Below, piece after piece: positions 22,101-32,690 of a stretch of 64,000 nucleotides of DNA (positions within the stretch are counted from its first letter, which is position 1; every line of letters begins with the position of its first letter). Position numbers and translations under genes: made by a program. This DNA is from an uncultured Corynebacterium sp. (GTDB lineage: Bacteria; Actinomycetota; Actinomycetes; Mycobacteriales; Mycobacteriaceae), in assembly GCF_945649885.1 (NCBI RefSeq), contig NZ_CALZFS010000001.1:2030-66029 (forward strand), written 5' to 3'. Below the pieces are notes generated by a model that saw only the letters and a program-made list of their open reading frames with translations, was not told the origin of the DNA and ran no database searches.

Positions 22101-24738
22101 TCCTGAACAACAGGACTCCGGTGGCAGCGCCACTGACGCCACACCTGTTGCACCTCCTGTTTCTCCTCCCACCGAGGCTGTGAAATATGATCCCTTCGCC
22201 GATGATGAGGAGGATGATCTGGACGAGATTGATCTGGATGAATTGGAACGCGCTCTGGCCCCACCCACGGAATCAGTGAAATACGACCCCTTCGCTCATG
22301 ATGATGAGGAGGAGGACGCCAGCACCGGTGGTTTTGCCGTGGGCGCTGATAGCGCACCCGGTACCCAGGCCGTGAAATTTGATCCCTTCGCCGACGATGA
22401 TGACGAAGACGATGCCTTCGGTCCGGATGGCCTTGACTATCTCCTCCGCGATCTCGATCAGATCCGTGCCACCCAGGGCCAGTTCGTAGGCACCCAGGAC
22501 CCTCAGGTTGAGGATGCGGTGACGGATGCGGCGACAGCGGCCACCACCGTCGGCTCAGCCGCCGCCACCCCGAGCACCGATCCCAGTGAACGCAGCCGCA
22601 GGCAGGCGATCTCCACCTTCCTTGAACGCCGTGGCATACGCCGACAATCGCGTGTCATCGCAGATGGCATGGTGGAACTTCCCTTCATCACCCCAAAACC
22701 GGAGAGTGAGCTGCTCATCGATCCGGGAGCCAAACTCAAACCCGGCATCAAACCACCGCAGTTGAAGGCTGGTGATATCGTCGCCGAGCAATATGAGGTC
22801 CTGGGTGTCATCGCCCATGGTGGCATGGGTTGGATCTACCTGGCCAATGACAACAATGTGGCCAACCGCATCGTGGTACTCAAGGGAATGATGGCCCAGG
22901 CCAGCCTCCAGGACCAGGGCACAGCAGAAGCCGAACGTGCCTTCCTGGCAGATATCACTCACCCGGGCATCGTGAAGGCCTATAACTTCATCGATGATCC
23001 CCGGGTGCCCGGCGGGTTCATCGTTATGGAATACGTCAATGGCCCCTCCCTCAATGACCGCCGCAAACAGCAGGACGGCGGGGTCTTGAGCTTCGACCTT
23101 GCCATCGGTTATGTCCTCGAGGTGCTTCCCGCGATGGACTATCTGCATTCCCGCGGTGTGGTGTACAACGACCTCAAGCCGGATAACATCATCGCCACTG
23201 AGGATCAGATCAAGTTGATTGACCTTGGTGCGGTATCTGGCATCGGTGCCTATGGCTATATCTATGGCACCAAGGGTTACCAGGCACCAGAGGTGTCCAC
23301 CCATGGCCCGTCGGTGGCCTCCGATATCTACACCATCGGGCGCACCCTGGCGGCCCTGACGTTGAAAATGCCAGTGGAGGACGGAGTACTCAAACCGGGT
23401 ATCCCCTCCCCCAATGATGAACCCCTGCTGCGTCGCCACCTCTCCTTCTATCGTCTGCTCTTGCGTGCCACCGCAAAAAACCCCGAGGACCGCTTCAGCT
23501 CCGCTGCGGAACTGCGCACCCAGCTCTTCGGTGTGCTGCGTGAAGTCCTGGCTATCCGCGATGGTCGACAGTTCCCAGCCCAACACTCATTGTTCTCCCC
23601 GCAGCGAAGCACCTTCGGCACCAAGCACATGGTGTTTCGCACCGACAAGCTTATCGACGGCATCGACCGCCAGGTCCGCATCACTTCCCCAGAGGTGGTC
23701 TCCGCACTCCCAGTCCCACTGATCGACCGCACCGACCCCGGTGCCCGCATGCTGTCCGGTTCTTCCTATGCCGAGGCCTCAGAGACCCTGGAGAATCTCC
23801 GCACCGCCATGGAGGATGAGCAGTACCGTCACTCCATTGAAATTCCCCTCGGTGTGGTGCGTGCACTGCTGGACCTGGGTTTCACCACTGAAGCCCGCGC
23901 CTGGTTGGAAACTCTCAAGGAACGCATGGGACGGGACTGGAGACACCAGTGGTTCTCCGGCATCACCCACCTTCTACTGGATGATTATGTTGCCGCCCAG
24001 CGATTCTTCTACACCGTGCTCACCATTTTACCGGGCGAAGCCGCACCGAAACTGGCCCTGGCAGCCGTTGATGAACTCCTCCTCCAGCAACACGGATACG
24101 ACAACACCACGCTGCTGACCCCGACGATCACCAGTGCCACTGCAACACTGGGCGATGATTTTGAGAAGTTGGAAACCTCCGCCTTTGAGGGACTCGGCGA
24201 TACCTGGTCCCACATTGTGGATGATCCGGCAGTCCTACGCTTCCAGTCCTTGAGGCTGTATGCGCTGGTGTGGGCAACCAACCCCACCACGGTGTCCTCC
24301 GCCTTCGGTCTGGCACGCCAGTTGATGGCGGAAAACCAGATTGAGATCGCCGTGCAGTCCCTGGACAAACTGTCCCAGGCATCCCGCCATCACCGGATGT
24401 CCACGCTGACCACGATTCTGCTCCTGGTCAGTTCCAACCTGAGTGAATCACGTATTCGCCGTGCTGCACGACGCCTTTCGGAGATTCCGACCAATGAGCC
24501 ACGTTTCAACCAGATCAAGATCGCCGTGATGTCCGCCGGTTTATCTTGGCTCCGCGACAGTAACCTCAGGGCTTCCGCCTCAGCGAATCCCCTGTTTGAA
24601 TATCCCTTTTCCCAGCGGGGTTTGAGGGAAGGTATTTCCGAAGCGCTTCGTGTCCAGGCCCGTTCTGCTCCCTTTGCTCGTCACCGTTATGCCCTGGTGG
24701 ATATGGCCAATGCGGTGAGACCCTTCACCTGGTTCTGA
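22084..24738 (+). CDS. pknG: serine/threonine protein kinase PknG
   Basis: Kinase motifs VVLKGM, non-RD loop YNDLKPDN, IDLGAV, and a C-terminal TPR-like region. Start taken at ATG 22084 (MTENND), giving 884 aa. 17-nt overlap with glnH. Confidence 0.9.
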   Translation: MTENNDPEQQDSGGSATDATPVAPPVSPPTEAVKYDPFADDEEDDLDEIDLDELERALAPPTESVKYDPFAHDDEEEDASTGGFAVGADSAPGTQAVKFDPFADDDDEDDAFGPDGLDYLLRDLDQIRATQGQFVGTQDPQVEDAVTDAATAATTVGSAAATPSTDPSERSRRQAISTFLERRGIRRQSRVIADGMVELPFITPKPESELLIDPGAKLKPGIKPPQLKAGDIVAEQYEVLGVIAHGGMGWIYLANDNNVANRIVVLKGMMAQASLQDQGTAEAERAFLADITHPGIVKAYNFIDDPRVPGGFIVMEYVNGPSLNDRRKQQDGGVLSFDLAIGYVLEVLPAMDYLHSRGVVYNDLKPDNIIATEDQIKLIDLGAVSGIGAYGYIYGTKGYQAPEVSTHGPSVASDIYTIGRTLAALTLKMPVEDGVLKPGIPSPNDEPLLRRHLSFYRLLLRATAKNPEDRFSSAAELRTQLFGVLREVLAIRDGRQFPAQHSLFSPQRSTFGTKHMVFRTDKLIDGIDRQVRITSPEVVSALPVPLIDRTDPGARMLSGSSYAEASETLENLRTAMEDEQYRHSIEIPLGVVRALLDLGFTTEARAWLETLKERMGRDWRHQWFSGITHLLLDDYVAAQRFFYTVLTILPGEAAPKLALAAVDELLLQQHGYDNTTLLTPTITSATATLGDDFEKLETSAFEGLGDTWSHIVDDPAVLRFQSLRLYALVWATNPTTVSSAFGLARQLMAENQIEIAVQSLDKLSQASRHHRMSTLTTILLLVSSNLSESRIRRAARRLSEIPTNEPRFNQIKIAVMSAGLSWLRDSNLRASASANPLFEYPFSQRGLREGISEALRVQARSAPFARHRYALVDMANAVRPFTWF

Positions 24739-24764
24739 GAAAAACAGTTCTGCTTCAGAAAAAC

Positions 24765-24815
24765 CTCTGCCCGCCACGGTGTCCTTCGGGATATGTGGCG
24801 GGCAGAGTTCTTCTT
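24765..24815. terminator. bidirectional Rho-independent terminator (pknG / ackA convergent)
   Basis: Perfect 13-bp stem CTCTGCCCGCCAC/GTGGCGGGCAGAG with T-rich flanks on both strands. Confidence 0.8.
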
Positions 24816-24836
24816 CGCACAGGCTGTACGAAGCCT

Positions 24837-26042
24837 CTAGGCCTTGGCCTCTGCGAACTTCACCGAGTAACGGGCAATGGCCAGTTCCTCGTTGGTGGGA
24901 ATGACAAAGACCTTGATGCTGGAATCATCCGCTGAGATCAGACGGGGGCCGTCGTTGGGGAGCTTGTTACGCTCCGGATCCAGCTTGATGCCGTACATCT
25001 CCAGGTGTGCCAGGGCATCCTCGCGGACAAAGTCAGCGTTCTCGCCGACACCTGCGGTGAAGACGATGCAGTCCACCCGGCCCAGGGCGACCAGGTAGGA
25101 GCCGAGGTAGCGGCGCAGCTGGTGGATGTAGATATTGTAGGCGGACCAGGCGTCCTGATCGCCATCTTCAATCATCTGGTGCAGTTCACGGAAGTCATTG
25201 ACACCGGACAGGCCCTTGACGCCGGACTTCTTGTTCATGAGGTTATCGATCTCATCGATGCTCATGTTGGCATTGCGTGCCAGGTGGAAGACAACACCGG
25301 GATCAATGTCACCGGTACGGGTACCCATGACCAGACCGGCCAGCGGGGTCATGCCCATGGAGGTGTCAATGGCCACGCCACCCTGCACCGCAGACATGGA
25401 GGCACCATTGCCGAGGTGGAAGGTGATGGTGTTGACCTCATGGGCAGGCTTTTCCATCAGTTCCACTGCACGGTTGGAGACATACTCATGGGAAGTTCCG
25501 TGGAAGCCATAACGGCGTACACCGTACTCCGCGGCAACATCTTTGTTGATGGCATAGAGCGCGGCAGCAGGGGGAAGTGAGTGAAAGAAACCGGTGTCAA
25601 AGACCGCCACGTGGGGAACGTCCGGCAGGATCTTGCGGGCTACCTCGATGCCGTCGATATTCGCCGGGTTGTGCAGCGGTGCCAGTGGGATCAGATCCTT
25701 GATCATCTCCACGATCTCATCGGTAATAAGCTCCGGTGCGGAAAACAGGATGCCACCATGGACCACGCGGTGGCCGACGGCGATGATATCCACCTGGGAG
25801 GGGCCACAACCGTGTTCGGTCATGAGGTCAAAAGACAGGTTGAGTCCGTCGGAGTGATTTGCGATCGGAGCTTCCTTGATTATCTTCTCACCCTCGATCT
25901 TGAGGATGATTCTTCCCATCGGCTCACCGATCTGCTCCACCAGGCCAGAGACATATGGCTCATCGGTGGCGCTGTTGGCAGGGTCCACCAACTGGAACTT
26001 GATAGATGAGGAACCTGAGTTCAAAACAAGTGCTAATGCCAT
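24837..26042 (-). CDS. ackA: acetate kinase
   Basis: [15 protein letters not shown]-terminus. 401 aa. Sits 2 nt downstream of pta. Confidence 0.95.
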   Translation of the reverse strand: MALALVLNSGSSSIKFQLVDPANSATDEPYVSGLVEQIGEPMGRIILKIEGEKIIKEAPIANHSDGLNLSFDLMTEHGCGPSQVDIIAVGHRVVHGGILFSAPELITDEIVEMIKDLIPLAPLHNPANIDGIEVARKILPDVPHVAVFDTGFFHSLPPAAALYAINKDVAAEYGVRRYGFHGTSHEYVSNRAVELMEKPAHEVNTITFHLGNGASMSAVQGGVAIDTSMGMTPLAGLVMGTRTGDIDPGVVFHLARNANMSIDEIDNLMNKKSGVKGLSGVNDFRELHQMIEDGDQDAWSAYNIYIHQLRRYLGSYLVALGRVDCIVFTAGVGENADFVREDALAHLEMYGIKLDPERNKLPNDGPRLISADDSSIKVFVIPTNEELAIARYSVKFAEAKA

Positions 26043-26044
26043 GA

Positions 26045-27427
26045 TTACTTTCCTCCGGCTTGAATAGCGGTGATGGCCACGGTGTTCACGATGTCTGGAA
26101 CGGTGGCTCCACGGGAGAGGTCATTGACGGGCTTGTTCAAGCCCTGCAGGATCGGGCCGACAGCCAGTGCATGCCCGGTGCGCTGTGCTGTCTTGTAGCC
26201 GATGTTTCCTGCTTCCAGGTCAGGGAAGATGAAGACATTGGCGTGTCCAGCAACCTCGGAATCCGGCATCTTCTTCTTGGCCACACCGGGATCAACGGCG
26301 GCGTCGAATTGGAGTGGGCCGTCAACCTTGAGCTCTGGGTTGAGTCGGCGCGCCTCGGCAAGTGCATCGATAGCGCGTTCCACATCAGGTCCGGTACCGG
26401 AGTTACCAGTGGAGTAGGACAGGATGGCCACGCGTGGATCAATACCGAACTGTGCCGCGGTGGTCGCGGAGACCACAGCGATCTCACCGAGCTGTTCCGC
26501 GGTGGGGTTCGGGTTCACAGCACAGTCTCCGAAGGCCCAGAGTCGGCCACGCAGAACCATGAGGAAGATGGAGGAGACTACAGATGCTTCCGGAATAGTC
26601 TTGATGATCTGGAAACTCGGCTTGATGGTGTGGGCGGTGGTGTTGGCTGCACCGGAGACCATGCCATCGGCATCGCCGTTGTGCACCATCATGGTGCCGA
26701 AGTAGGAGATGTCCTTCATTGTTTCACGAGCCTGCTCAATGGTGATGCCCTTGTCCTTGCGCATCTCTGCGAACTGCTGCGCTAACTCCTCACCCTTGGG
26801 ATCATTCAGCGGGTCGATCACATAGGCTTTGTTGAGGTTCAGGCCGAGTTCGGTGGCGCGTTCCTGAATCTGCTCAGGGTCACCCAGGATGGTGATCTCG
26901 CAGATGTCTCTCTCCAGCAGCTGGCTGGCAGCCATGAGGATGCGGTCGTCTTCCCCCTCAGGCAAAACAATGTGGGACTGTTCTTGACGGGCACGCTTGA
27001 GCAGCCAGTTTTCAAAGAGTGCAGCACTCATGACCGGCTCGAGGGCACCACTGTTACGAACGGCCTTCTTCAACTTGTCCGGCTTGGCGTCCTCCTCAGC
27101 GGTGAAGGCTGCCACGACTACGCCGCCGACATTCTTGGCCTGGGTGCGGGCCAGGGAGACATGGGCACCACGCTTGTCCACGAGCAGCAGCATCGGAATG
27201 CCGAGTGCAGCTGCCACCTGGGCATCAAAGTGTGCATTGCCTGCACCGACGATGAGGGCTGGGCCGTCAGCAAGGAGCTCTGCCGCCAGGACCTTGGAAA
27301 TATCAAGCTCCTCATCATGAATCGGTACGAGCTTGACGTCGAGGTCCTTGGCAAGAGCTTTCAGATCAAAACCGTCGAAACTTCGGTTGACCGTGGTGAT
27401 CAGGGCTGAGGTTGGGGTGTCAGACAT
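26045..27427 (-). CDS. pta: phosphate acetyltransferase
   Basis: PTA_PTB C-terminal domain ([28 protein letters not shown]). Start trimmed to ATG 27427 (MSDTPTS), giving 460 aa. Confidence 0.9.
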   Translation of the reverse strand: MSDTPTSALITTVNRSFDGFDLKALAKDLDVKLVPIHDEELDISKVLAAELLADGPALIVGAGNAHFDAQVAAALGIPMLLLVDKRGAHVSLARTQAKNVGGVVVAAFTAEEDAKPDKLKKAVRNSGALEPVMSAALFENWLLKRARQEQSHIVLPEGEDDRILMAASQLLERDICEITILGDPEQIQERATELGLNLNKAYVIDPLNDPKGEELAQQFAEMRKDKGITIEQARETMKDISYFGTMMVHNGDADGMVSGAANTTAHTIKPSFQIIKTIPEASVVSSIFLMVLRGRLWAFGDCAVNPNPTAEQLGEIAVVSATTAAQFGIDPRVAILSYSTGNSGTGPDVERAIDALAEARRLNPELKVDGPLQFDAAVDPGVAKKKMPDSEVAGHANVFIFPDLEAGNIGYKTAQRTGHALAVGPILQGLNKPVNDLSRGATVPDIVNTVAITAIQAGGK

Positions 27428-27593
27428 GCATCGCCTTTCTTCTAGCAAGCTGAAAAGCCAACTATTAAGTGACATTTCCAGGTCTGTGCCATCTGGCACT
27501 ACAGGGCAAGTGTTGTGATTCTTCGCATAGTTTAGCCCCGTTTCCATCTCGCCACATCAATGATTGAAAAAATTTCTTTCATATCACCTACCA

Positions 27594-27606
27594 GCCACTT
27601 TGCACA
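27594..27606 (+). promoter_or_regulatory. RamB-like box candidate (ACTTTGCA core) upstream of pta-ackA
   Basis: GCCACTTTGCACA matches 9 of 13 positions of the C. glutamicum RamB motif A(A/G)AACTTTGCAAA. Confidence 0.35.
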
Positions 27607-27664
27607 GGCTGCATGAGCTGCACAAACCCTCGATCTTCACAAAAACAAAATTTCCGTGTTACAG

Positions 27665-27677
27665 GTTGCAAAGTAGG
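27665..27677 (-). promoter_or_regulatory. RamB-like box candidate (inverted orientation)
   Basis: The reverse complement CCTACTTTGCAAC matches 9 of 13 positions of the RamB motif. Confidence 0.35.
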
Positions 27678-27937
27678 TGTTGCGAAGTTTTCGGGGGAAA
27701 TTTCAGCGTCGAAAAGCTCTTCAAGTGTACGCTAAGCGAACCGATTCGGAGGCGTGCCACGGACCCACCACCCTGCCGCGGACCACCACCCAACCAAGGC
27801 ACCCCTTTCTTAAGGCGGAAAAAGCACGTATCATGAAGGGTTGATAGCTACTCAAAGTCTCTTCGTCGCCCCATAGGGGCGGTTAACCATGCCCACCAGC
27901 ATGGATTGTCGACAATTTATAAGGAATAGAACTGTCT

Positions 27938-29305
27938 ATGTCTCGCCCTTTGCGCGTCGCCGTCGTTGGCGCTGGCCCAGCTGGAATCTATGCTTCTGAC
28001 CTGCTGATGAAGTCTGAACAGGATGTCCGGATCGACCTGTTTGAGCGCATGCCCGCCCCATTCGGCCTGATCCGTTATGGTGTAGCACCTGACCACCCAC
28101 GCATCAAGGGCATTGTGAAGTCCCTCCACAAGGTGTTGGACAAGGAAGAGCTACGCCTGCTGGGCAACATTGAAATCGGCAAGGACATCACCGTTGAAGA
28201 GCTGCGCACCTTCTATGACGCAGTGATTTTCTCCACCGGCGCCACCAGCGACCAGGAACTGCGCGTCAAGGGCGCTGACCTGGATGGCTCCTGGGGTGCT
28301 GCAGAATTCGTCGGCTTCTATGACGGCAACCCCAACTTCTCACGCTCCTGGGACCTGTCTGCTGAGAAGGTCGCCGTGATCGGCGTGGGCAACGTGGCAC
28401 TGGATGTCGCCCGTATCCTGGCCAAGACTGGCGATGAGCTCAAGGTCACCGAGATTCCAGACAACGTCTATGAATCCCTGGCCAAGAACCAGGCCAAGGA
28501 GATCCATGTCTTCGGACGCCGTGGGCCTGCACAGGCCAAGTTCACCCCGATGGAACTGAAGGAACTGGACCACTCCCCCACCATTGAGGTTGTGGTCAAC
28601 CCTGAAGACATCGATTATGACGCCGCCTCCGAGACCGCCCGCCGCGAGTCCAAGTCCCAGGACCTGGTGTGCCAGACCCTCGAGCAGTACGCGATCCGCG
28701 ATCCCAAGGGCGCACCGCACAAGCTGTTCATCCACTTCTTCGAGTCTCCTGTGGAGATCCTCGGCGCGGACGGCAGGGTTGTCGGCCTCAAGACCGAACG
28801 CACCCAGCTTGATGGCAACGGTGGCGTGACCGGCACCGGGAAGTTCACCACCTGGGATGTCCAGTCCGTGTACCGCGCCGTGGGCTACCGCTCCGACGCC
28901 GTCAAGGACGTTCCTTTCGATGCTGAGCGCGCTGTCATCCCGAACGACGGCGGCCACGTCATCGATCCATCCACCGGTGCCCCTGTGACCGGCCTCTACG
29001 CCACCGGCTGGATCAAGCGTGGACCAATCGGCCTGATCGGTAACACCAAGTCCGATGCCAAGGAGACCACCGAGATGCTCCTGGCTGACCACGCAGCAGG
29101 TTCCCTGCCAGCTGCCGAGCAGCCAGACCTTGATGCGATCATCAGCTTCCTGGATGAGCGCAAGGTTCCTTTCACCACCTGGGAAGGCTGGCACCTGCTG
29201 GATGCCGCTGAACGCGAAGCCGGTGAGCTGGAAGGCCGTGAGCGCAAGAAAGTTGTCGAGTGGAATGACATGGTTCGTTTCGCCCGCCCAGAGTATGAAA
29301 TCTAA
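27938..29305 (+). CDS. fprA: ferredoxin--NADP+ reductase (FprA / adrenodoxin-reductase type)
   Basis: Two dinucleotide folds: VAVVGAGPAGIYA and VAVIGVGNVALDVARIL. 455 aa. Divergent from pta. Confidence 0.85.
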   Translation: MSRPLRVAVVGAGPAGIYASDLLMKSEQDVRIDLFERMPAPFGLIRYGVAPDHPRIKGIVKSLHKVLDKEELRLLGNIEIGKDITVEELRTFYDAVIFSTGATSDQELRVKGADLDGSWGAAEFVGFYDGNPNFSRSWDLSAEKVAVIGVGNVALDVARILAKTGDELKVTEIPDNVYESLAKNQAKEIHVFGRRGPAQAKFTPMELKELDHSPTIEVVVNPEDIDYDAASETARRESKSQDLVCQTLEQYAIRDPKGAPHKLFIHFFESPVEILGADGRVVGLKTERTQLDGNGGVTGTGKFTTWDVQSVYRAVGYRSDAVKDVPFDAERAVIPNDGGHVIDPSTGAPVTGLYATGWIKRGPIGLIGNTKSDAKETTEMLLADHAAGSLPAAEQPDLDAIISFLDERKVPFTTWEGWHLLDAAEREAGELEGRERKKVVEWNDMVRFARPEYEI

Positions 29306-29320
29306 GTTCTGATGTGCAAC

Positions 29321-29367
29321 AATGCCGGGTGAGAGAGGAAGATCTCTCACCCGGCATTGCTTCTTTC
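29321..29367 (+). terminator. Rho-independent terminator of fprA
   Basis: Perfect 16-bp stem AATGCCGGGTGAGAGA/TCTCTCACCCGGCATT followed by a T-rich tail. Confidence 0.8.
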
Positions 29368-29493
29368 CGGCTCACGGTTTTTCTCACTTCACATCACTTC
29401 GGCCACACACCACATGCAGTAAATTTTAGGTTTGTATCAGAAAACTTTCCTGTCCAGGTCTCCCTTTCTGCCAGGAAGCGTTAGGATTTGGCC

Positions 29494-30030
29494 ATGACCC
29501 GATACTTTGCCGTTTCCAACCTCCAGGAGCTCAGCTCACTCGAGGTACATAAGTTGTACAAGCTTCGTGTCGACGTTTTCGTCCACGAGCAGAAAACCCC
29601 CTACGCCGAAATCGATGACACCGATGCGGCCACCACCACCCGGCACATCCTCGCCTGGCAGCGTTGTGAAGGCAGCCCGACGCTTCTCGACGGTTGCGCC
29701 CGTCTGGCCCCCACCACCACCTCCGAGATCACCGCTGCCACCGGCGCCGCCTTCGAGCTCGACGAAGCCCCACTCTCCCAGCTCGGCCGCGTCACCGTAT
29801 CCAAGGTTTCACGTGGAACCGGTCTGTCTGATGAGCTGATGAAGAACGCTCTCCGCCTGGCTTTCGAGCAGTACCCGGACCGCGATGTTGTTCTCACCGC
29901 CCAGAGTCCCTTGAAGGATTTCTACGCAGGCTTCGGTTTCACCGTCTGCGGATCCGAGTATGAAGACACCGGCGTCCCGCACCTGCCAATGGTGCTCAAA
30001 GCTGCTGACCTGGCCCAATACGGAAGCTAG
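29494..30030 (+). CDS. GNAT family N-acetyltransferase (ElaA-like)
   Basis: LYKLRVDVFVHEQK...VSRGTGLSDELM...FYAGFGF. AGGAAG lies about 15 nt upstream of ATG 29494, and a TTG at 29488 is also in frame. Confidence 0.7.
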   Translation: MTRYFAVSNLQELSSLEVHKLYKLRVDVFVHEQKTPYAEIDDTDAATTTRHILAWQRCEGSPTLLDGCARLAPTTTSEITAATGAAFELDEAPLSQLGRVTVSKVSRGTGLSDELMKNALRLAFEQYPDRDVVLTAQSPLKDFYAGFGFTVCGSEYEDTGVPHLPMVLKAADLAQYGS

Positions 30031-30108
30031 TTTTCTCCCGCAGGACGGTAGGCACGGAGGCGCCTACTGAAACCTGCTGGGGTCTGATCTATTCAGATCC
30101 TGTGTCCC

Positions 30109-31212
30109 CTACCCTGTTCCATAGTCCAGACCAGTGGTCCAGAAGGAATCACCGTTTGAAGTGGTGAAGGTGATTTGGTTTCCGTCATATTCGGCAACCA
30201 TTCCGCCGTCGAGATGATACTTCCCTGGTTCCAGGGGCTGCCTGGACTCATAGATGTCAAAGCCCGGGTTGGCCCCGAAAGCACGTTCAAACTCCGCAGC
30301 ACCATCCGCGACATTCCAGGTCAGGAGGTTGGCTGGCCCGGATCCTTCAGTGGCCTCCCAGTTGGAGGGGCTCAACGACATGCAGGAATACCTGGTTTCA
30401 TCAGTGCTGTCATAAAAGCACCTGACCCCATCGGTTCCATTGAGTGGAATATCAATCACCCGGGACAACACCTGAGTGTATCCCGCATCATCTGTCAGTT
30501 GCTGCTGTATATCTTCAGTACTGACCTGCCGAAATCCCTCATCATCAATGGTGAAGGCATCACCGGAGGAGAACTTGGTACAGGTGATCTCTGATGGATC
30601 TGGCGCAAAACAACCCATCTTGCCCAGGTGCACAAACTCACCGGTATCCAGGGTGGCTGGGGCTTCCGGCATGGTCGGGATGACTCCGGATTGAGGCTTA
30701 GCAAGGCTGTCCTGGGCCTCAGCATCCGTGGAGATCGTGACGTTGTCCGCCGCACCGGTTCCCTTGTCGATTCCGTGGAGGCAATTACCTGCGGTTTCAT
30801 CAATGGCGAACATCCGCTGTGGGAAGTTGTACTGGCCATGCTCGGCAGTGAAAGAACAGTGGATGGAACCATCCCCGGAGGTGAAAACAGCACTTTCTGT
30901 TTCGCTCAGGCCGGTATCGTAGGTGGCCTGGTCAATGCGGATGAACTCAGATGTTCCTGATTTCCCGGCATCTCCCGGCGCGCTGCTGCCCGCAGGTGGC
31001 GGAGTATCAACAGATGATTCCTGGTCATTGGGTTCAGCTGGGTTCTGGCCTGCACCATCTGTATCCTCCGCTGTTGCGGTGGTGGTGACCGTGGTGGGAC
31101 TGTCTGCCTGGGCATCTGTGTTGGTGCTGGTGGCACAGGCTGATGCTGCCACCAGGCAGCTGAGTGAAAAGATCCCAGTGAAAATCCTTGCGGTGCTTCT
31201 TCCGGTTTCCAT
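30109..31212 (-). CDS. hypothetical lipoprotein (Cys-containing extracytoplasmic domain)
   Basis: Start at ATG 31212. Signal peptide plus lipobox VAASAC, T/P/D-rich linker, then a domain with 6 further Cys residues. Confidence 0.6.
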   Translation of the reverse strand: METGRSTARIFTGIFSLSCLVAASACATSTNTDAQADSPTTVTTTATAEDTDGAGQNPAEPNDQESSVDTPPPAGSSAPGDAGKSGTSEFIRIDQATYDTGLSETESAVFTSGDGSIHCSFTAEHGQYNFPQRMFAIDETAGNCLHGIDKGTGAADNVTISTDAEAQDSLAKPQSGVIPTMPEAPATLDTGEFVHLGKMGCFAPDPSEITCTKFSSGDAFTIDDEGFRQVSTEDIQQQLTDDAGYTQVLSRVIDIPLNGTDGVRCFYDSTDETRYSCMSLSPSNWEATEGSGPANLLTWNVADGAAEFERAFGANPGFDIYESRQPLEPGKYHLDGGMVAEYDGNQITFTTSNGDSFWTTGLDYGTG

Positions 31213-31299
31213 GTTCCCCACCCTAAACCCACTTGCCATAGCAAAAAATAGCGAGTGGCAAATGTTATGCAAATGATAGGGGTGGGGATTAAAGGCAAA

Positions 31300-32526
31300 C
31301 TACTTGAAGATGTCCTCGCCGGTGTGAACGGTGATTGCGGAAGCTGCCTGCGCAGCACGTTCACGGGCGGTGTCTGTGTTTTCTGCCGTGGAGATGACAA
31401 CACCCATGCGGCGTGTGGGGAAAGCCTCCGGTTTACCGAAGAGCCTCAGATCAGTTTCCTCCACGGCAAGTGCCTCTGCCAGACCGGAGTAGGACACCCC
31501 CATGGAATCCATACCGCCATAGACCACCGCGGAGGCACCTGGGGATACCAGGGTGACATCAACCGGGAGGCCGAGGATGGCTTTGGCGTGGAGTTCGAAC
31601 TCGGAGAAACGCTGGGTACCAAGGGTGACCAGGCCGGTGTCATGTGGGCGTGGGGAGACCTCGGAGAAATAAACATCATCCCCGGAGACAAATAATTCCA
31701 CTCCGAATACGCCACGGCCACCCAGCGCATTGGTGATGCGGGCGGCAACGGAACGGGAGTTGTCCAGGGCGCGCTCGTTCATCACCATCGGCTGCCAGGA
31801 TTCCACATAGTCGCCGTCTTCCTGACGGTGCCCGATGGGTTCGCAGAACCAGGTGGCGACCTTGCCGGTGGCTGGATCAATGCCGCGGACAGTCAGGAGG
31901 GTGATCTCATAATCGAATTCTACGAACTGTTCCACAATGACCCGCTGGTTAGCTACACGTGCACCACTCATGGCGTACTCCCATGCCGCTTCAAGGTCCT
32001 CTTGGGACTTGACCACAGACTGGCCCTTGCCTGAGGAGCTCATGACCGGCTTGACCACATTCGGGTAGCCCAGGCGATCTGCTGCAGCCTGGAACTCTTC
32101 AAAGGATGAGCAGAACTCATAGCCGGAGGTAGGCAGCCCCAGTTCCTCTGCTGCGAGACGACGAATCCCCTCGCGGTTCATGGTCAGCTTTGCTGCCCGC
32201 GCGGTGGGCACGACGGTGGCCAGGCCTTCCTCCTCGATCTTCACCAGTTCATCGGTGGCGAGTGCCTCAATCTCTGGAATGACAAAATCAGGCTTGACGG
32301 TGGTGATTGTGTCACGGACAGCTGCCGGATCAGTCATGTCAATGACATAGGAGAAGTGTGCCACCTGATGTGCCGGGGCATTTTCATAGCGATCCACCGC
32401 ATGGACTTCCACACCGAGGCGCTGGAAGGCAATGGCAACCTCCTTGCCCAGCTCACCTGAACCGAGCAACATCACCTTGGTGGCATTGGGAAGCAGTGGG
32501 GTACCGATTTTCTCTGGCTTATACAT
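31300..32526 (-). CDS. purT: formate-dependent phosphoribosylglycinamide formyltransferase
   Basis: [14 protein letters not shown]-terminus, ATP-grasp core, 408 aa. Confidence 0.9.
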   Translation of the reverse strand: MYKPEKIGTPLLPNATKVMLLGSGELGKEVAIAFQRLGVEVHAVDRYENAPAHQVAHFSYVIDMTDPAAVRDTITTVKPDFVIPEIEALATDELVKIEEEGLATVVPTARAAKLTMNREGIRRLAAEELGLPTSGYEFCSSFEEFQAAADRLGYPNVVKPVMSSSGKGQSVVKSQEDLEAAWEYAMSGARVANQRVIVEQFVEFDYEITLLTVRGIDPATGKVATWFCEPIGHRQEDGDYVESWQPMVMNERALDNSRSVAARITNALGGRGVFGVELFVSGDDVYFSEVSPRPHDTGLVTLGTQRFSEFELHAKAILGLPVDVTLVSPGASAVVYGGMDSMGVSYSGLAEALAVEETDLRLFGKPEAFPTRRMGVVISTAENTDTARERAAQAASAITVHTGEDIFK

Positions 32527-32690
32527 AAGGGGGATTCCTCCGTCTGAGCACCTGATTGGGCAGCCTGTTTCTCCCTTTCAGGCAGCAGATCATATGCTCG
32601 ACAACCACCTGGGGAAATCAGCCTTGCCGTATGGCTACCGATAACTGTATCGGACACCTCCCGGCTCCGAGCACGAGTACGGTGTGAATC

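Noticed and set aside
27428-27547. 5' extensions of several tracked ORFs: pta 27428-27547, clpB 50186-50257, C-N hydrolase 56518-56685, FAD oxidoreductase 50362-50520, MFS 15153-15236, pknG 21991-22083.
   Set aside because: The extensions run through promoter, operator or terminator sequence or through neighbouring genes. The conserved N-termini begin at internal ATG codons, some with plausible ribosome-binding sites.
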